The notes beneath the pieces were generated by a model. That model was not told the origin of the DNA, made no database searches, and saw only the letters and a list, made by a program, of their open reading frames with translations. A DNA stretch of 64,000 nt from Eledone cirrhosa (lineage: Eukaryota). The translations under genes and the position numbers were made by a program. Where the stretch lies: positions 41,788,001 to 41,852,000 of the forward strand of contig OZ024748.1 in assembly GCA_964016885.1 (NCBI GenBank), in the 5' to 3' direction. Every line of letters begins with the position of its first letter. The stretch's first letter is position 1. Below are positions 42,919 through 53,519 of this stretch, piece after piece.

Positions 42919-43335
42919 TTAACCCTTTAGTTACCAACCCAGCCAAAACTAGCTCTGGTTCTATGATATAGAAACACCCATTTTAAAGGTTTCTAATTTA
43001 AATTAAAATCTTTCAACATAATTTTATATAAGAACCTTACATTAAGTTACTATCTTAATTAAATAATTAATAAATTTAGTAAACCCCTCAAAATTCTTCA
43101 TTAATTAATCAAAATAGAGGGTATTTCACTAGCAATGAAGTCATAAAAAGATTTAAAGTGTTTATCTAAAAGTCTCCATTATAATTTTATCTAAGAGCCT
43201 TTGTTAAGTTATGTTCCGAACATCAGGTTAATAATATTGTGTTAGATAATATTAAATTACATCTAATTATTGATATTTTTTTCAAAATTCATAGAAAATA
43301 ATAACAAGTATCTTTTACCAGAAATTTGGTAACAA
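42919..43335 (+). mobile_element. Degenerate TTAA-CCC MITE (second family), right end eroded
   Basis: Starts TTAACCCTTTAGTTACCAA. A partly complementary end TTTGGTAACAAA lies near 43325-43336. Similar 3' ends (AGAAATATGGTAA) occur at about 43805 and 44995. Confidence 0.45.
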
Positions 43336-43514
43336 ACATTACAATATAGATTTTATATTTTTCACTGAAATATTACCTTTTTTAGGCATAGAAATACTTC
43401 ATAAGTTAAGAACTTCTGTAGAAAAATGGTGTCAGTAGTACATACAACTGACTCAATTCTGAACTGCTCATACATTCCATTTTCAACAGGTTTATACACC
43501 TGGATGCCATTCCT

Positions 43515-43712
43515 TAAACCAACCACTTTACAGAGTGTACTGGGTGTACTTTATCATGGCACTGTCACAACCATTTTACAGGGTGTACTGGGTGACTTTT
43601 ATTATGGCACCGCCACAACCACTTTACAGAGTGTACTGGGTACATTTTATCATGTCACCATCGCAACCATTTAGAGGGTGTACTGTGTACATTTTATCAT
43701 GGTACCATCACA
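43515..43712. repeat. 48-bp tandem repeat, about 4 copies, derived from the RTE/SINE 3' tail segment
   Basis: AACCA starts at 43521, 43569, 43617 and 43665. It is preceded by TGGATGCCATTCCT, matching GGATGCCCTTCCTAAC in the elements at 45095 and 58762. Confidence 0.85.
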
Positions 43713-43882
43713 GGGTATATTTATATGCATTACATTACCAAATCACTCAGAATTCTTGATTATTTTCCTAATTATTTAGAAAATTACAAGCTGTGACATT
43801 CATTAGAAATATGGTAATGAAAGAGTTGTTTTTGTTTTTAATGGATTATAATTATATTTTTATATTGCTTTGTTATATTTAC

Positions 43883-44034
43883 CTTGGTTTCATGCAAGCG
43901 TCTCCTTTAAGGACGGCATTAAGTATGAGCTGCTGGATGTCGGTTATAAACAATGATGGTGACTGGGATGGGATGTCAGCTCTTCCATCTCCCACGTCCA
44001 AACTGGGGAACTTGAGATGAATTTGGGGGTAATT
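43883..44034 (-). CDS. REXO5: REXO5-like coding exon 2 (152 nt): NYPQIHLKFPSLDVGDGRADIPSQSPSLFITDIQQLILNAVLKGDACMKP(R)
   Basis: Acceptor with CTAAC branch motif ...GCTGTACAG and donor AAG|GTAAAT. Open in phase 0 and ends in phase 2. The LFxTDIQxL motif is typical of invertebrate Rexo5 N-termini. Confidence 0.85.
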
Positions 44035-44148
44035 CTGTACAGCAACATGTGAGGGTTAGATAGAGAAGAGAGTAACAACATGAGATGAATTTGGGGGTAA
44101 TTCTGTACAGCAACATGTGGGAATTACATAGAGAAGATAGTAACAACT
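44013..44148. repeat. 68-bp tandem duplication spanning the exon-2 splice acceptor
   Basis: TGAGATGAATTTGGGGGTAATTCTGTACAGCAACATGTG occurs at 44013 and 44081. Confidence 0.9.
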
Positions 44149-44293
44149 TAAGGGATACATAATTATCAGAAAACACAGTAACTACATCATCATCATCAAT
44201 ATTGACAACATCAACAACATCAACACAAATAACATCGACAACATCAACAACATTCTTATATGTAAGAACCTTTGGTATCTTCCAAACCCCAGC

Positions 44294-44528
44294 TTAACCC
44301 TTTAGCATTTAAACCGGCCATAACCGGCCAGAATTCTCTCACCTCTTTCTGTTCAAACTGGCTGTAACTAGCCACTCATGCTTAGGTTAAGGTATTGTTC
44401 TCAAAATAGATAATATCAAAATCTCATAGATTCAATGTTATGTGAGATATTATGTAAGATAAAGCAAAGCCTTTACTGCAAAAATACAACAGTATATATA
44501 TAGAGTAATGTAAATACTAAAGGGTTAA
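44294..44528 (+). mobile_element. piggyBac-type MITE with TTAA target duplication
   Basis: TTAA-CCCTTTAGCATTTA ... TAAATACTAAAGGG-TTAA terminal inverted repeats. Related copies at 45359 and 55003. Confidence 0.85.
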
Positions 44529-44670
44529 TAATTGTTTCTATTTTTGGCACAAGGCCAGCAATTACCCAGTACATTACAGGTACTTTATTCTATCGACCCC
44601 GTAAGGATGAAAGGCAAAGTTAACCTCAGCGGGATTTGAACTCAGATCATAAAGGGACGTAACTCTATGC
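44528..44670 (-). mobile_element. 5'-truncated tRNA-derived SINE (Nin/Deu-type domain)
   Basis: Reverse complement of GAGTTCAAATCCCGC-TGAGGTTAACTTTGCCTTTCATCCTTACGGGGTCGATA...GGCCTTGTGCCAAAA-TAGAAACAATTATT; shared with five plus-strand copies in the window. Confidence 0.85.
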
Positions 44671-44804
44671 TTCAAAGAGAAAGTTGTTATATTACACAAA
44701 TAAATCCCTCCAAATTCTTGCTTATTTCCAAAATTAACAACATAAGATAATTAATTCATAAATATTTCCAAAATTATATTAAAACTATAGACATTATTAC
44801 ATTG

Positions 44805-44925
44805 CTGAGTTCAAATCCCACTGAGGTTAACTTTGCCCTTCATCCTTACGGGGTCGATAAGATAAAGTACCAGTAATACACTGGGTAATTGCTGGCATTG
44901 TGCCAAAAGTAGAAACAATTATTAC
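44805..44925 (+). mobile_element. 5'-truncated SINE, same family
   Basis: CTGAGTTCAAATCCC...CATCCTTACGGGGTCGATAA...AGAAACAATTATT. Confidence 0.85.
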
Positions 44926-45005
44926 ATTACTAAATTCCTCCAAAATCTTCGTTATTTCCAAAATTATCTGAAAACCAAAGGTAGTGTCATTCATTAGAAA
45001 TATGG

Positions 45006-45347
45006 TATCATCATCATCATTTCATTTTACGTCTGCTTTTTCCCTGCTTGCAAGGGTGGGACGGGAACTGATTCTGGTTTGATTTCTACAGCTGGATGCC
45101 CTTCCTAACACCAACCTCATTTACAGTGAGTGCTGCGTGCTTTTTTGCCGTGGTACCTCCACGACCACTTTGCAGTGGAATGTTAGGGACCCCAGTCCTA
45201 TCATCTCATTTCTACAACTGAGTAAACTGGAGCAATGTGAAATAAAGTGTCTTGCTCAAGGAAACAACACATCACCCGGTCTGAGAATTGAACTCACAAC
45301 CTTTCGATTGCAAGGCCAATGCTCTAACCACTAAGCCATGTGCCTCT
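45006..45347 (-). mobile_element. tRNA-CORE SINE with RTE-type tail ending (GAT)n
   Basis: Minus strand starts GAGGCACATGGCTTAGTGGTTAG (A box) ... GAGTTCAATTC (B box), then CCTTGAGCAAGACACTT (CORE-like). Near-identical to 58628-59066. Confidence 0.85.
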
Positions 45348-45358
45348 TATGGGAAGGG

Positions 45359-45570
45359 TTAACTCTTTAGCATTTAAACCGGTCATATCTGGCCAGAATT
45401 TTCTCACCTCTTTCTGTTCAAACTGGCCGCAACCGGTTGCTCATACTGATGTTAAAGTATTGTTATCAGAATCTTGTAGATTTGATATTATTTGAGATAA
45501 TTATGTGAGGTAAAGCTTTTACAGTGGAAATACAACAGTAAACAGAGTATTGTAAATGCTAAAGGGTTAA
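45359..45570 (+). mobile_element. piggyBac-type MITE with TTAA target duplication
   Basis: TTAA-CTCTTTAGCATTTA ... TAAATGCTAAAGGG-TTAA; internal sequence similar to 44294-44528. Confidence 0.85.
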
Positions 45571-45864
45571 TGACACATTTAATAATGTAGTTGTAGATAG
45601 ACTATGACTGGGAGGAGTTGGAATAGCCATGGTTGGGAAACTTCTAATTATAAAGAGGTCTAGTCTGCTAGAAACAGCAGCCAAATATCCCTCAATTCAT
45701 AACCTACACAACTTAAAAGAAAAACAAAACAATGATGACCACATTGAATAATGTAGTCCAAAATACATTATGACTGTGGAAAGGTGAAAAGAAAAACGAT
45801 GAGATGGTCATTGATGGACTACATCTAATTATAGGTTTGAGTGCTCAAAGTTGATTCATGTCTG

Positions 45865-46262
45865 AACAGCAACAACAACACCAACAACATCAACAATAGT
45901 AACAGTAACATCAACAACATCAACATCATCAACAACACCAACACCAACAACATCAACAACAGTAATAGTAACAACAACAACAACATCAACAACAACAACC
46001 ACATCATCAACATCATCATCATCAATATCATCATCATCATCATCATCGTCAACAACAACCTCACACAAAACCGAAAATACTGAAAAAGGTAAACAAACCC
46101 ACCTGGACTCCTGACATAGTATTATTATTATTCCGTCGTGGCTCTTGTGGCAAATATACTACTACTACTACTACTGCTACTACTAATACTACTATTACTA
46201 CTGCTGCTGCTACTACTACTAATACTATTGCTGCTACTACCACCACTACTACTACTACTGTA
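45865..46262. repeat. Imperfect trinucleotide tracts (AAC/ATC)n and (ACT)n flanking a short unique island
   Basis: Directly visible. Confidence 0.9.
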
Positions 46263-46566
46263 GTAATGTAGCGGTTAGGAGAGGTAGTAGATGGCGTAGG
46301 TGGGGGTCGCGGGTGGCGGGTGGAGGTGGAGAAGGAGGGGGGCCGTGTGGGGGGGCGGGTTTACAAAATAAAAGGCAAATGTAAACAAAAAAAAAGACAA
46401 AAACAGAATCTCGACAAGAAGAGAGCAAAAACCAGAAAAAAGGGGTCGTTGTTGCCTGCTAATAATAAGAGGAGAGCAGCAGAGATGTGTGAAGGGGATG
46501 GGAAGGGTTATCATGTCCACCACACTCATAGATCAGGTGGGATTCAACACCAAAAGTAACGAACGC

Positions 46567-46921
46567 CTTTTTCCTCTTTTATGACAATTTTTTCCTCTTT
46601 TTTGACAATTTTTTCCTCTTTTTTGTAAATTTTTTCCTCTTTTTTGTGGTTTTTCGTCTTTTTATTGTTTTTTTTCGTCTTTTTTTATTGTTTTTTCCCC
46701 TTTTGTGTGTTTTTTTCGTCTTTTTTATTGTTTTGTTCCCCTTTTTGTGAATTTTTTCCTCTTTTTTGTGGTTTTTCCTCTTTTTTATTGTTTTTTCTTC
46801 TTTTTTCCTTTTTTTTATTGTTTTTTCCTCTTTTTTATTGTTTTTTCCTCTTTTTTGTGTGTTTTTTCGTCTTTTTTGTTGCTTTTTATTTGGTTTTTCT
46901 TGTTGTTTTTGTGTTTTTTTT
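46567..46921. repeat. T-rich, about 20-bp degenerate tandem repeat (TTTTTTCCTCTTTTTTATTG)
   Basis: Directly visible. Confidence 0.85.
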
Positions 46922-46974
46922 CAGAAAAGTAGCGTCAGATCGAAACAGTCAAATTTCCATAAAGATTCGTTAAC

Positions 46975-48240
46975 GATGTTGTTATTGTTATTATTGTTGT
47001 TGTTGCTGGTGTTGTTGTTGCTGGTGTTGTTGTTGCAGGTGTTGTTGTTATCAGCAGTGGTGGTGGTGATGTCTGTTGTTGTTGTCAGCAGAGGCAGTGA
47101 TGGTGAAGGTGGTGGTGTTTGTTAGTGCGTTTGGGTGGTGGTGGTGGCAGACGTAATAGCAGTGACGGCGGTGATGGTGATGGTGGTGGTTGTGGTGATG
47201 ATGACAATGGCGATGTTGGGGTTAATGATGGCAATGGCGACAATGGCGGTGGTGGTGGTGGTGATAATGGTCGAGGTGGTGGTGGTGATGATGGTGGTAA
47301 TGGTCGAGGTGGTGGTGATGATGGTGGTAATGGTCGAGGTGGTGGTGGTGATAATGGTCGTGGTGGTGGTGATAATAGTCGATGTGGTGGTGGTGGTGAT
47401 GACAATGGGGATGGTGATGATGGTGGTGATAGTGACAATGGCGGTGGTGGTCACGGTGATGGTGGTGGTGGTAGTCACGATGGTGGTGGTGGTCATCGTA
47501 ATGGTAATCACGATGATGGTGGTGGTGGCGGTATTAGTTGATGTACTATTATTATAGGAAGGCGAAGTTATTATTGGAGTGGGGTGAGAGGCGCACTTGA
47601 AAATTTGTTATTGAGTTAATGATGACGTCATTGGTAGTGGTGGTGGTGGTATTGTTGGTGGTGGTGTTTGTGGTAGTGGTGGTGGTATTGTTGTTGTTGG
47701 CGGTGGTGGTGGTGGTATTGTTGTTGGTGGTGGTGGTGACGGTACAGGTGATGTTGTTGGTGGTGGTGTTTGTATTGTTGGCGACGGTGGTTGTGGTGGG
47801 GGTGGTATTAGGGTGGTGGTGGTAGTAGTATTGGGGGTGGTGGTGGTATTGCTGTTGTTGTTGGTGGTGGTGGTAGTATTGGTGGTGGTTGTTGTGGGGT
47901 GAGGGATAGGGTGGGGTGAGGAGTGGGTGGGGGTACTGGTGGTGGTGATAGTGTTGGTGGTAGTTGTAATGGCGGTAGTATTGGTGGTGGTGGTAGTGTT
48001 GGTATTTGTGGTGTGGTGGTGGCAGTGGTGGTGGTACTGGTGGGGTGTGATGTATTTGGTGGTGGTGATGTTAGTGATGGTCGTTGTGGTAATTGTAGTG
48101 GTGATGGTATATTACTGGTGCTAGTGGTGGTAGTGGTGATGGTAATGATAGCAGGACTGGTAATTGTAGTGGTGGTAGGGGTGTAGTACCGGTGTTGGTG
48201 TTAGTAGTAGTAGTGTTGGTGGTGGTGGTGTTGGTGTAGC
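46975..48240. repeat. Long imperfect (GGT/GTT/GAT)n low-complexity tract
   Basis: Directly visible; source of the poly-G/V/P/T ORFs in several frames. Confidence 0.9.
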
Positions 48241-48574
48241 GGGTGGGGAAGTCGACGATGATAAGTAATTTATTAAAGCTTTTATTCATTTCTTGAAAGT
48301 TTAACTATCAGTGGACATAATGGAGTGAAAGAGGGAGAGGCTAGGACGGAGCAAGAGTTAACCAGATATAAAATGAGACGAAAGACATTGTCGAGATGTA
48401 ATGAGCTGTTTAAAAGCACAAGAATGTAGTTTAAAAATGAAAAACAGATCCCTACTTACAACCAGGTGGACTGAGTGTGTTGACCATGGATACATCACAC
48501 TAAACATAACCGGATACGAACCATCAATCCTTCCGTACCCGATTGATTCGGCCATTCGCGGTTCACTGATGTTG

Positions 48575-48598
48575 ATGTTGGTGATGGTGATGGTGTTG

Positions 48599-48630
<32 letters not shown>

Positions 48631-48870
48631 AGCCAACGTTGACGAACAGTTAGTTTTATTGCACATCAATCACGTTAGTATTGTTGTTATTGTTGTTTGT
48701 CGTGTCATGACTACTGCGCTGCTGATGGCGGTGGCGGCGGTGATGGCGGTGGTAATGATGTATGACGTGGTGGTGATGGCGACGGTGGTGATGATGATGA
48801 TGGTGGCAATGATGATGGTGATGATGGTGGTGATAATGGTGGTGGCGATGGCGTCAGTGGTTGTAGTTGT
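48575..48870. repeat. (GGC)n and (GAT/GGT)n tracts, CpG-rich
   Basis: Pure (GGC)10 at 48601-48630 and imperfect tracts around it. Confidence 0.85.
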
Positions 48871-49892
48871 TAAGGAAGAGGAGAAGGTGGAGAGAGAAGA
48901 ACGCGGTCATCTCGGCATGGCACGAGCCTGGATGAGAATTGAACAAACGAGACGTTCGTTTGGCAATTTCGATCGTTGACCACCTCGTGTTTATTACCGA
49001 CATATTGCTACAGCTGTTGTTGTTTAGTCCTCCTAGTTAGGTAAGCCCTGGTCAAGCAAAACCCTTTTTATCACACACATCTCCCTCCCCGCCTCTTTCT
49101 ACAGCTAGAACTACATTATTTAATGTGTCCCATTCATGTTTTGTATTATGGATATATTTGAAGGACTGAGAGTAGATTACGTAAGTGTAGGGTCTCAATT
49201 GAGAACAATGGGTCGTTTGGGTTAAGTCCAGTCCTGCAGTTTACATCAACATAGAAGAAAACCTGTAACAAACCCCCACTAGGAGCTTTCCTTTTTTGAT
49301 GAAGGCATTCACGACAAACATTGGAAAGAACTATAAATGAGAGGAACAGGGGGTGACGAGAAAGGACTATTAGACAAAGGAAGAGAGAAGGGGAGAGGAT
49401 GACAGACTACACCTAAGTCGATGCGGGTCTCCTTCATCAGACCGGCTGCTATCGATTCGATTTGTTACGTTTCATTTATTGAATACTTTCGATAATGTCA
49501 TACATTCTATACTGGAAGTTAATGTTTCTACAACTGAGATTTGGTAATTATAAATAACAGAGAATAAACAAGCGCTAATCAGAACCGACATTTTCTAGAG
49601 GTTTGTTGTGTTGTTGTTGTTATATATAGAAATATAGGTTCACTCTGGGGTGAATTGTAAAGAAATGATAACAAAAAATATTAAAAACCGTGCTACGGAG
49701 GATAATCATTCATTCAAAGCTGAGTTTTTCGCGAATCGCTTACTAGGAGTTTCTCCAGATGATCAGAGACGAGAAGCGATTCAAGGAAGATCCAGCTTCA
49801 TACACACACACATATATATATTGGCTGCACTTCTGATTGCATTCGTTGGCTTAGCTGCGGCTCGGGCTTCGAATATGCTGTACTTCCATTTG

Positions 49893-49895
<3 letters not shown>

Positions 49896-49952
<57 letters not shown>

Positions 49953-50010
49953 ATTGTAACGTCAAGTTACTGTTGGTGAACATTCATATATATATATATA
50001 TATATATATA
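49896..50010. repeat. (TA)n microsatellites
   Basis: Two TA runs, about 49896-49949 and 49987-50010. Confidence 0.95.
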
Positions 50011-50058
50011 CGCATACATATATACATTCACACACAGTTCGCAGAAATTATTTCTTAC

Positions 50059-50223
50059 CGTTGGTTTCTTTCGTTCACTTGTCGACCAAAGAGTAAAGAG
50101 AGCAACCGCCTTATTAAATTTATTCTCAATCCGTGCCTGCTTTTTGGTAGAGAGTGTTTTTTCATCGACTGCCAACTTTTTTCTTTTTAAACGTTTCGTT
50201 AAAACATGTGAAGATGTAGACAT
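50059..50223 (-). CDS. REXO5: REXO5-like first coding exon (55 codons): MSTSSHVLTKRLKRKKLAVDEKTLSTKKQARIENKFNKAVALFTLWSTSERKKPT
   Basis: ATG at 50223 and strong phase-0 donor ACG|GTAAGA, compatible with the phase-0 exon at 44034. Basic NLS-like segment. STKKxxRxExK..K.xAL resembles the N-terminus of insect Rexo5. Confidence 0.72.
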
Positions 50224-50849
50224 TTTTTTTTTTTTTTTTTTAAGATGAGAAAAATAAATATTGCCAGTCAGTTAACTGAGATATTAAAAAAATACCTCCT
50301 GTAGACTGAGAGATAGCACAAAGGCCAAAAATACTAAAGGTAAATTAAAATATCTTTCGTTCTGCTAGTCCTGTTGGGAATTATTCCATAATAAATACAA
50401 CTTTGGAATATAAACACACCGCAAATTGTAAAACATCCACATGCGGTGTTATATAAGGGGGGATAACTCTCAGTGAAAGAACGTAACTTCTCACTAGAGA
50501 GCTTCTAGCTGGTCGCTCCACTTCTTAACAATTCACACTGAGATTATACCCCACCACGCTCGTCTTAAAACTTGACACATTCTATAGTGTTATCGAAGGT
50601 ACACCATGTCTGAAAGAAAATTGAGATAGCCATGATTAGAAAGTCTTATCAGAGCCGACTATAGTAAATTAAAAACATTGAATATATAACTGGTTTCAGT
50701 CATTAGAATGCGGCCATGCTGGGGCATCACATTCTTCCACTGGTTTCACTCATTAGACTGCGGCCCTACATACATGATCGCTGAAAGCTCTGCTAAGAGT
50801 ATTGCAATTGCTTGTCAGATTCAGATGTGTGACGCTCGGATATGGCTTT

Positions 50850-51560
50850 TCAAGCACTCCTTCGCACACTGAGGACAACTATGGATCTCCCTGGCCTCAG
50901 GTCTTGCATCACAAAACCATGGAGATCATAGTTCGCTGATTCCCTTTGAACATGGCTGCGACTGTGGCTCCTGAGACGAGATTTGCTAAAGCAAATTTTT
51001 CCACACTCAGGGCACTTCAATTCAATGGAGACACCGATCGTTTCGAGAGATACACCAGGGCATTGCTTACTCACATCCCGTTTGATCTTCTCGTGCTCTA
51101 TGCAGCTGTCCTCAAAATTATGGACCCCATCATTCACCATTCCACGCCAAGTTTCTCTTTCGAGTGCTTCTATCTCCCAGTCAGCCATCATCAAACCAGT
51201 TTTTTTCAATGAGTCCTTTACACAATCTTTGAATCGGAGCTTTGGTTTGTGAGGTGGTCTCTTACCTTTACAAAGCTCACCATACAAAAGTTGTTTCGAT
51301 ATTCGATCATCCTCCATTCTACAAAGGTGTCCGGTCCTTCGCAAACGCCGTTGGTGGATGATACTCTCAATGCTCCGACACTCACTTCTCTCAAGGACCT
51401 TAACATCACTCACGTGCATCTGCCACTTGATACTGAGCATCTTTCTGAGACACTGCTGGTGAAATCGTTCCAGTCTTTTGATATGCCGTTTGTAGGCAAT
51501 CCATGTTTCAGGTGCATAGAGCAATGCTGACAGTACACATGCGGCATATACTTTCACATG
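50850..51560 (-). mobile_element. RTE-clade LINE ORF C-terminal fragment
   Basis: VLSALLYAPETW...RRLRRTGHLCRMEDDRISKQLLYGEL..GKRPPHKPKLRFKD motif and C2H2 finger CPECGKICFSKSRLRSHSRSH. No RT core present. Confidence 0.85.
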
Positions 51561-52410
51561 CATACACACACACTCACTCATAACGAGCTTCCACCGTTTC
51601 CATCTCCCGAAGTTCACTCCCAAAATATTGGTCGGTCCAAGAATCTATAATAGAAGTCACATGTTGGCGAAGCGAAACCCTTAGCCACACAGCCATGTTT
51701 AGTATGTTTATATACAGGTTAAAGGTGAAGCTATGGGCTGTAGCATGGCTGTGTTTCGCGGGAAGGATTCCAGATTCAATCTAGTAACTAGGGAAATATG
51801 TTTCTTATAAAATAATTTAAGGTTGGCCAAGCCTTATACATATTAATGGCTGTGTTTTCATGTATAATCAGAAATAGAAAATGTTTAACATTAACTTAAT
51901 GGCCATTCAATACATATGTAGTAGAGGAACATTGATTTTATTTTACATTTTTTTTTTATATTGTCAGAAGTGTGAGATGTGGAAATAGAGTTGAGAAAAC
52001 TTGATTAACCGGTGCACGCTAACAAATGAACCTTATGGTATCTGTTCCCCTAAAGTTCTACAACAGACGGTCCCGCAGTGTAACAATGATTTGCCCGTTG
52101 GAAACAGAACAAACGACGCTAATGTTTTTAAAATGTCACAGAAAATAAAGTAATATAGTTAATAGGAAACACTGTAAGATATGTAATATTTGCCGTCCTT
52201 TATATAGTTCTACCACATTCTACCGATTGTTTTAAGCTTATCGCTCTTTTATTTCATTTAAAAAAATACGTGTTCGACGAGCCACTTAGCTTTGTAATAA
52301 CGCTAATTACAAATCTTCTTACTATTTTTTCTTCTATCTATTATAATTCCATTCACATCAAAGATCAAGACCGGGCGTCTGTTTTTATTATTATTATTAT
52401 TATTATTATT

Positions 52411-52575
52411 AGGACGCCATGCTTAGCAGCATAGAGTTACGGCCCTTTATGATCTGAGCTCAAATCCCGCCGAGGTTAACGTTGCTTTTCATCCTTACAG
52501 GGTCGACAAAATAAAGTACCAGTAACGCACTGGGTGATTTCTGGCCTTGTGCCAAAAGTAGAAACAATTATTATT
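52411..52575 (+). mobile_element. SINE (Nin/Deu-type family), 5'-truncated, next to (ATT)n
   Basis: Same consensus as 58346-58545. Confidence 0.85.
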
Positions 52576-53149
52576 CTAGCGATCTCTTCTTCCATATTCT
52601 CCCAAATAAAATAATTTCAACTTAATCTTTGGTAAGTTGACAAACTTAGCTTTTGACATTTTAAGTTCTGGTCAAACTAAGAAAAATTACTAAACTTGCA
52701 TTTTCCAGTAACGGGTCATAAAACCATACGACCCTCACCACCGTTTTAGGTATAACGTGTATGTAAATATATAACACACAAGGGAGAGGATAGCCATATA
52801 ATGTGTCACTATAGTATTGAGAGTGATTTAATATTCTTATAAAATAACTAAGATGTCAAAACTTCATGAACAAATTTTGTCAGAGATTTTGGGCCTAACT
52901 TGTGTCCTTAGAAAGTTCAATTCACAATAATCTATCGTATCTTGTACAAATGCCTCATATCGATAACTTGTGAGAAGAATTAGGTAGACGAAGACTGTGC
53001 AGGAGACCATCTGTTACGTATAATATTACGTTATGGCATTGTTTATCTTACACGAACCGGTGTTCATTGAAAAAAGTTTACTTCTCAATATTATTGTCAT
53101 AACTGCATTGAAACAGAAACTGACCGTTGAAAAACTGCAAAAGTGAGGA

Positions 53150-53177
53150 ATTTCTTTTCTTTTCTTTTTTTTTTTAG
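53150..53177 (+). promoter_or_regulatory. Candidate 3' splice acceptor of a 5'-UTR intron of TBCE copy 1
   Basis: About 25-nt pure pyrimidine tract ending TTTTTAG, 342 nt upstream of the ATG. Confidence 0.4.
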
Positions 53178-53519
53178 AATGTAGCTAAAACAGAATTTAT
53201 TGCAATACAAAATATCCAGTAGTCAAAGAAAATGCCAGGCATTGCGGCCGAAGGAACAAAGTTGGAGGCAGAGAATGAGACACAACAACTCGTATCTCAG
53301 ATTAGGGATTTACCTTTCTCGAATGGGAAGAGAAAATTGCCTTCAAATTGCCATCGAAATGAAAAATAAAGAACACATCTTTTTAATCAAACTCCCTCAC
53401 CACACAATGACTTTAAATAGTTTTACTAAAAAAAGAGTGTTTTATGGGGAGATCACTCTCAGAGTTTCCGGTGATGGTGCGGTAATTCACAGATGACGGT
53501 GAAACATTAAATAATAAAC

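Noticed and set aside
44013-44148. 68-bp duplication as ancestor of the 67/71-bp satellite
   Set aside because: Only TGGGGGTAAT is shared, so the similar period is probably coincidence.
45290-45347. tRNA genes here and at about 56049 and 59010
   Set aside because: The A/B boxes run straight into CORE-SINE bodies and there is no complete cloverleaf.
48460-48500. YPW as a Hox hexapeptide
   Set aside because: It reads YPWS rather than YPWM, and no homeodomain exon is visible in the window.
45825-48979. Poly-N/V/G/P/T/F ORFs as real proteins
   Set aside because: They are open in several frames on both strands because of trinucleotide low complexity and contain no domain.
49280-49445. Second hammerhead candidate (CTGATGAAGG on the minus strand)
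   Set aside because: I could not assemble convincing stems I and III around a GAAA.
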